Virus record (IMG/VR): IMGVR_UViG_3300008259_003073
DNA: 64,000 nucleotides
Direction: 5' to 3' (one strand)
Source: a virus
Taxonomy: Duplodnaviria > Caudoviricetes
Numbering within the stretch: position 1 is the first letter of the stretch; every line of letters begins with the position of its first letter. Shown piece by piece: positions 60,257 through 64,000 of the stretch. The translations under genes were made by a program, and so were the position numbers. Under the pieces are notes generated by a model. It saw only the letters and a list, made by a program, of their open reading frames with translations, had not been told where the DNA came from and did not search any database.

Positions 60257-61615
60257 TTATCCCATATTCTCAACATACTTTTTGTGTAATAATTTTTTCT
60301 CTAATCCCTCTCCGTTTTTACTATCTTTTGTAGAAGCCATTCCATCAATTGAAGTTGCAGCGTATACATCCATAACTCCATGAAAGGTATCAATCTTTGC
60401 AGGAAATGTCATTCCATCAGGTCCAAATCGATTCTTAACGATGTGAATACGACCTGTGTTTGATAACTTATCCTTTGTTTTTCTACTAACACTCATAATA
60501 AAATCAGCAGTTTGTACTTTCTTATACGAGTCACCAACCGAATCAGCCTGAATAACTTCGTGGTCAATAGCTGCTCTATTGGTTTGGGTTGCAGTCCATA
60601 CTGGTATTTGTGCTTCACCACTCAATCCTCTCAACTCTTCATAGATTCCACCCAATTCAGCATATAATCCATCTCTATTACCATTACCCGATTTCAATAA
60701 GTCCGCGTAATCGATGATAATCAATTTAGGATTAAACCCAACCTGTCTTACTTTTTCAATATGAGCAGCAATTGTTTTTGCTGATGCAAATTGAGGTGGA
60801 TAGTATTTGATACGAACTCTACCTGGAATCTGTTTGATTTTACGAATAATCTCATTCTTTCTTTCCTTATGCTCCGATGTTTGGATACCTGTAAGAATTG
60901 TTGTGTATCTCTGCCCTACATAACTTTCGGATAATTCCAAAGTATAATGTAACACATCAATTCCTCTTTCCAATGCGGAACACGCTATTTTAGATAAGAA
61001 CCAACTTTTACCAATACCCGATGGTGCCATAACTACTCCTAATTCTCCAGGTCCTAGTCCACCATCCATTAGTTCATCGATAACATCCCATCCAGTTGGA
61101 CTAGAATCTCTCTTAACATCCTCCATAATGGATTCAAAGTTTTCAATATAATCCAATCCTAAATCAGATTCTACACCAACTTTGGATGCCGCCATCATCG
61201 TATCTATAATCTTATCGTAGTTTCCTGCTTTGAGCAAATCTACCGATTTTAGAAGGGCATCTTTAACTTTCTGATTTTTAGCAAATGTAAGGTATTCTTT
61301 CTTTACATAAGGTAAATCTTCTGAACCAACCTGTAAATATACATTTTTAAGTTGGTCAACTACCGTTTGTTTTAAACCTTTATCATCTATAGTTCCTACT
61401 TTAATTTTGAACACTTCCATTGTAGGAACTGCTCTGTACTCATTAAAGTAATCTAGTAGAGAATTTATAATCCATTGATTTGCTTGCGATTCAAAGAATG
61501 TAGGTTTAGTAATTTCGTTTACCTGTTCAAGAAACTTGACATCTGTTATAAGAGAAGCAACAACTTTAGATTGATACGATTGTCCATACTTTACCAATGT
61601 ATCTACTGCTTCCAT
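60257..61615 (-). CDS. dnaB: replicative DNA helicase (DnaB / T4 gp41-like)
   Basis: APSGIGKS, TLELSE, IIDYADLL, WTATQTNR, KNRFG. Confidence 0.93.
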   Translation of the reverse strand: MEAVDTLVKYGQSYQSKVVASLITDVKFLEQVNEITKPTFFESQANQWIINSLLDYFNEYRAVPTMEVFKIKVGTIDDKGLKQTVVDQLKNVYLQVGSEDLPYVKKEYLTFAKNQKVKDALLKSVDLLKAGNYDKIIDTMMAASKVGVESDLGLDYIENFESIMEDVKRDSSPTGWDVIDELMDGGLGPGELGVVMAPSGIGKSWFLSKIACSALERGIDVLHYTLELSESYVGQRYTTILTGIQTSEHKERKNEIIRKIKQIPGRVRIKYYPPQFASAKTIAAHIEKVRQVGFNPKLIIIDYADLLKSGNGNRDGLYAELGGIYEELRGLSGEAQIPVWTATQTNRAAIDHEVIQADSVGDSYKKVQTADFIMSVSRKTKDKLSNTGRIHIVKNRFGPDGMTFPAKIDTFHGVMDVYAATSIDGMASTKDSKNGEGLEKKLLHKKYVENMG

Positions 61616-61821
61616 TATTTTTTACGTTTCTTTCTTGCTAATTTTTTTTCTTCAATCGATAATTCGGCTACTTCCGCAACTACTTCGGTTTTGATTGGCT
61701 TTCTTAACGCTTTCCATTCTGATTTGGGTACGAACACCCAACCATATTGTAACACTTTTAAGTCTGCTTCTTCTTCTTTTACTCTGCGGATTTCTCCTTC
61801 TTTACTTTTGATACACTTCAT
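61615..61821 (-). CDS. small basic hypothetical protein
   Basis: 68-aa ORF abutting helicase. Confidence 0.7.
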   Translation of the reverse strand: MKCIKSKEGEIRRVKEEEADLKVLQYGWVFVPKSEWKALRKPIKTEVVAEVAELSIEEKKLARKKRKK

Positions 61822-61842
61822 CTGTTCCGTGTTTAATTTAAA

Positions 61843-62148
61843 TTATTTAACTACCATTAAAATTTCCGATTCTCTTAATAGGATATATTTGTTCCCACCA
61901 ATTTTAATTTCTTGTCCTTGATGGTATGGTGGGAGAATTACTTCATCACCTACTTCAACATTCATTGGAATCAATGTTCCACTTTGCGTATAAATGCCAG
62001 GTCCTGTTGATTCTACCTTTGCTCTTTTTACATCTTCACTTCTTACTGAATCGGGTATAATAATACCACCTGCAGTTTGTGAAACTTCTGGTGCTAATTC
62101 TGTTAGTAGAACTCTATCTCCTAACGGCTTTACTAATTTGTTTGTCAT
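61843..62148 (-). CDS. groS: co-chaperonin GroES
   Basis: KPLGDRVL, TAGGIIIPDS, GPG, VEVGDEV, LLRESEIL. Confidence 0.95.
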   Translation of the reverse strand: MTNKLVKPLGDRVLLTELAPEVSQTAGGIIIPDSVRSEDVKRAKVESTGPGIYTQSGTLIPMNVEVGDEVILPPYHQGQEIKIGGNKYILLRESEILMVVK

Positions 62149-62152
62149 TTTT

Positions 62153-63211
62153 TTAAAATTTTGCTATGTGAGAAAATGTGGATTGTAACCAGTCCGTAAC
62201 ATTTGGAAACGAATCCAATATACGGGCTTTCAATCCTACTTTTAGGAATTCTTGCTTACTGAACTTTGGTGGTGATTCTTCAAATCTATCTATAATTTTC
62301 ATTCGAAGATTACCACTAAATGTTGGTTCGGATAGTTGAAACAACTTACGATTTCTTTTTAATAATTCCAAGTTATTTTCAAACAATTCGTGTCCTTTTA
62401 CCTTTTTTGGTTGCGAGTTAATGTATTCTAACATAGAATCAGTAGTATGAACTTCCTCATCTGCTAATATTGGAAATGCTTTAAGAATAGTTTTCAATCC
62501 TAATCCTGAAATGCCCTCTACATTATCGGATTTATCACCATCAATTATTCTGAAATTGATAAAATTATGTGGGTGAATACCAAATTCCTCAATTACTTCG
62601 GGAATGTTGTAGATTTTCTTTTTAGATGGTGAATATACACTTACGTCTTTGTTGACTAATTGAATGAAATCCTTATCGGAACTCATTATTACAACCTTTT
62701 CGTTTTCTTTCTTTAATTGAGTAGCAATATATGCCATCACATCATCGGCTTCAATTCCATCGTAAATCATAATTGTAACAGGTAGAACCGAAAGTAATTC
62801 ACCTAATGCCGTCATTTGACGTTTCATAGATGCACCTTCTTCTTCAGGTGTCATTTCCATAGATGCAGCACGATTCAATCTCATTTTGATTTTATTCTTG
62901 CCTCTCTCTGATTTGTATCCGGAATATATTTCCTTTCTACTATTAGAGCCACCTTTACCGTCAAATACGATTACAACTCTTGTGGGGTTGATTGTTCGGA
63001 TGGCATAGCCGATACTTTTTAAAGTACCGACTATTCCTCCAATATGGTCACCATTTTCGTTAAGATTAGGTGCCGTTGACCAGGAACGAATGAAGGTATT
63101 AAGACCATCAATAACTAATGTTTTGGAGTTACGATGTAAATCTCCAAAATCATTATGTTCCCTATCTATTTGTTTTAGTATATCTAAATACTTTTTGTTA
63201 ATCTGACTCAT
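62153..63211 (-). CDS. rnh: 5'-3' exonuclease / T4 RNase H-like flap nuclease
   Basis: IDGLN, VFDG, YKSER, EADD, SSDKDFIQL, GDKSDNV.G..G.G.KT. Confidence 0.92.
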   Translation of the reverse strand: MSQINKKYLDILKQIDREHNDFGDLHRNSKTLVIDGLNTFIRSWSTAPNLNENGDHIGGIVGTLKSIGYAIRTINPTRVVIVFDGKGGSNSRKEIYSGYKSERGKNKIKMRLNRAASMEMTPEEEGASMKRQMTALGELLSVLPVTIMIYDGIEADDVMAYIATQLKKENEKVVIMSSDKDFIQLVNKDVSVYSPSKKKIYNIPEVIEEFGIHPHNFINFRIIDGDKSDNVEGISGLGLKTILKAFPILADEEVHTTDSMLEYINSQPKKVKGHELFENNLELLKRNRKLFQLSEPTFSGNLRMKIIDRFEESPPKFSKQEFLKVGLKARILDSFPNVTDWLQSTFSHIAKF

Positions 63212-64000
63212 TGGCTTCGTCCGTTGTAAGTTCAACTTCATCCGAATTGGAATTGTTTTTGTATAATAAAATTGTTGCTTCGCAAATTCTACGATAGATT
63301 TGGTCTTTTAGTTCTTCATCCTCTAATAATTTTGCAAAATCTTTAGATTGGAATTTGATTTCTTCACCACTTTCAATATCGACGTATGAATACCAAGCTC
63401 CACCTTGCTTTAATAATTTAGCATCTTTCATAACTGCTAACCATCCTCCGTAGTTATCAATACCTCTATCAAAGAAAATATCAAAATCTGCGTGTCTTAA
63501 TGGTGGTCCCATTCTGTTTTTGATAACCTGACAACGAACCTTAATACCTACGATTCTATCCCCTGCTTTCAATTGCCCCATATTCTTCAAACGAACTCTA
63601 ACAGATGCGTGAAATGCCAATGCCTTACCACCCGATGTTGTCCACGGGTCACCGAACATTGCGTTCATCTTCTGTCTCAATTGATTTGTGAATATAAGTG
63701 CAATAGATTGTCTACCAATCATATTGGTAATCTTTCTCATTGCTTTGGAAATGATAATTGCCTTATCAGTTGCGTAACCATCCTTACCATAATCGGCTTC
63801 TAACTCCTTATGTGTAGATGCTGCTGCTACTGAATCCACAACGATAGTTACTAATCTATCTTTATCACCTTTACGAACTTGCTCAATAATTGTTTCACAT
63901 GCTTCGAAAATACCTTCAACGGTATCAACTGAAACATATAGGAGTTTTGAAACATCTACTCCAATTGCTTCTAAAAATTCTCTACTAACTGCGGTTTCCG
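63198..64000 (-). CDS. recA: RecA/UvsX-like recombinase (5' part outside window)
   Basis: Frame open to 64000; IVVDSVAA, FTNQLR, TSGGKALAFHASVR, KNRMGPP, GGAWY. Confidence 0.93.
   Translation of the reverse strand, partial: ETAVSREFLEAIGVDVSKLLYVSVDTVEGIFEACETIIEQVRKGDKDRLVTIVVDSVAAASTHKELEADYGKDGYATDKAIIISKAMRKITNMIGRQSIALIFTNQLRQKMNAMFGDPWTTSGGKALAFHASVRVRLKNMGQLKAGDRIVGIKVRCQVIKNRMGPPLRHADFDIFFDRGIDNYGGWLAVMKDAKLLKQGGAWYSYVDIESGEEIKFQSKDFAKLLEDEELKDQIYRRICEATILLYKNNSNSDEVELTTDEANESD

Noticed and set aside
45232-64000. Inteins or group I introns in PolB, RNR, helicase or RecA
   Set aside because: Lengths and motif spacing are normal; no intein or LAGLIDADG insertions seen in the part visible here.

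Overview
64 kb of an AT-rich, tightly packed, entirely minus-strand gene array. It most likely comes from a large lytic T4-like tailed (jumbo-type) phage of a Bacteroidota host. Phage evidence: a T4-type replisome (PolB, two clamp-loader subunits, sliding clamp, helicase, RNase H/flap exonuclease, RecA/UvsX), RNR alpha/beta, thioredoxin, a Cas4-like exonuclease, a PG-binding+GH19 endolysin and unlinked GroEL/GroES. Host evidence: six Bacteroidota-type sigma70 promoters (TTGn-N19-TATATTnn), Gln at +1 after every apparent Sec signal peptide, T9SS-CTD-like domains, a DUF4494-like protein and a TonB-dependent transporter. Four modules stand out. (1) 2.5-16.5 kb: an exported/outer-membrane module with two CsgG-like proteins, two paralogous dockerin/cohesin proteins (one with a C-type lectin), two paralogous beta-barrels, CTD-like lipoproteins, and a TBDT-lipoprotein pair behind Pho-box-like repeats; the lipoprotein is broken by an internal deletion/frameshift. 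(2) 20.9-40.7 kb: a nucleotide-sugar/glycosyltransferase island. (3) 45-57 kb: two DNA MTase-fold genes, a divergent DUF262-HNH gene and a PLP enzyme/2-hydroxyacid dehydrogenase/AsnB trio inside the replication block, a candidate base-hypermodification pathway. (4) Candidate protein-modifying enzymes (ATE/Bpt-like, ART-like). I saw no tRNA, rRNA, CRISPR array, intein or IS. All functional calls come from motif recognition by eye; no database searches were run.
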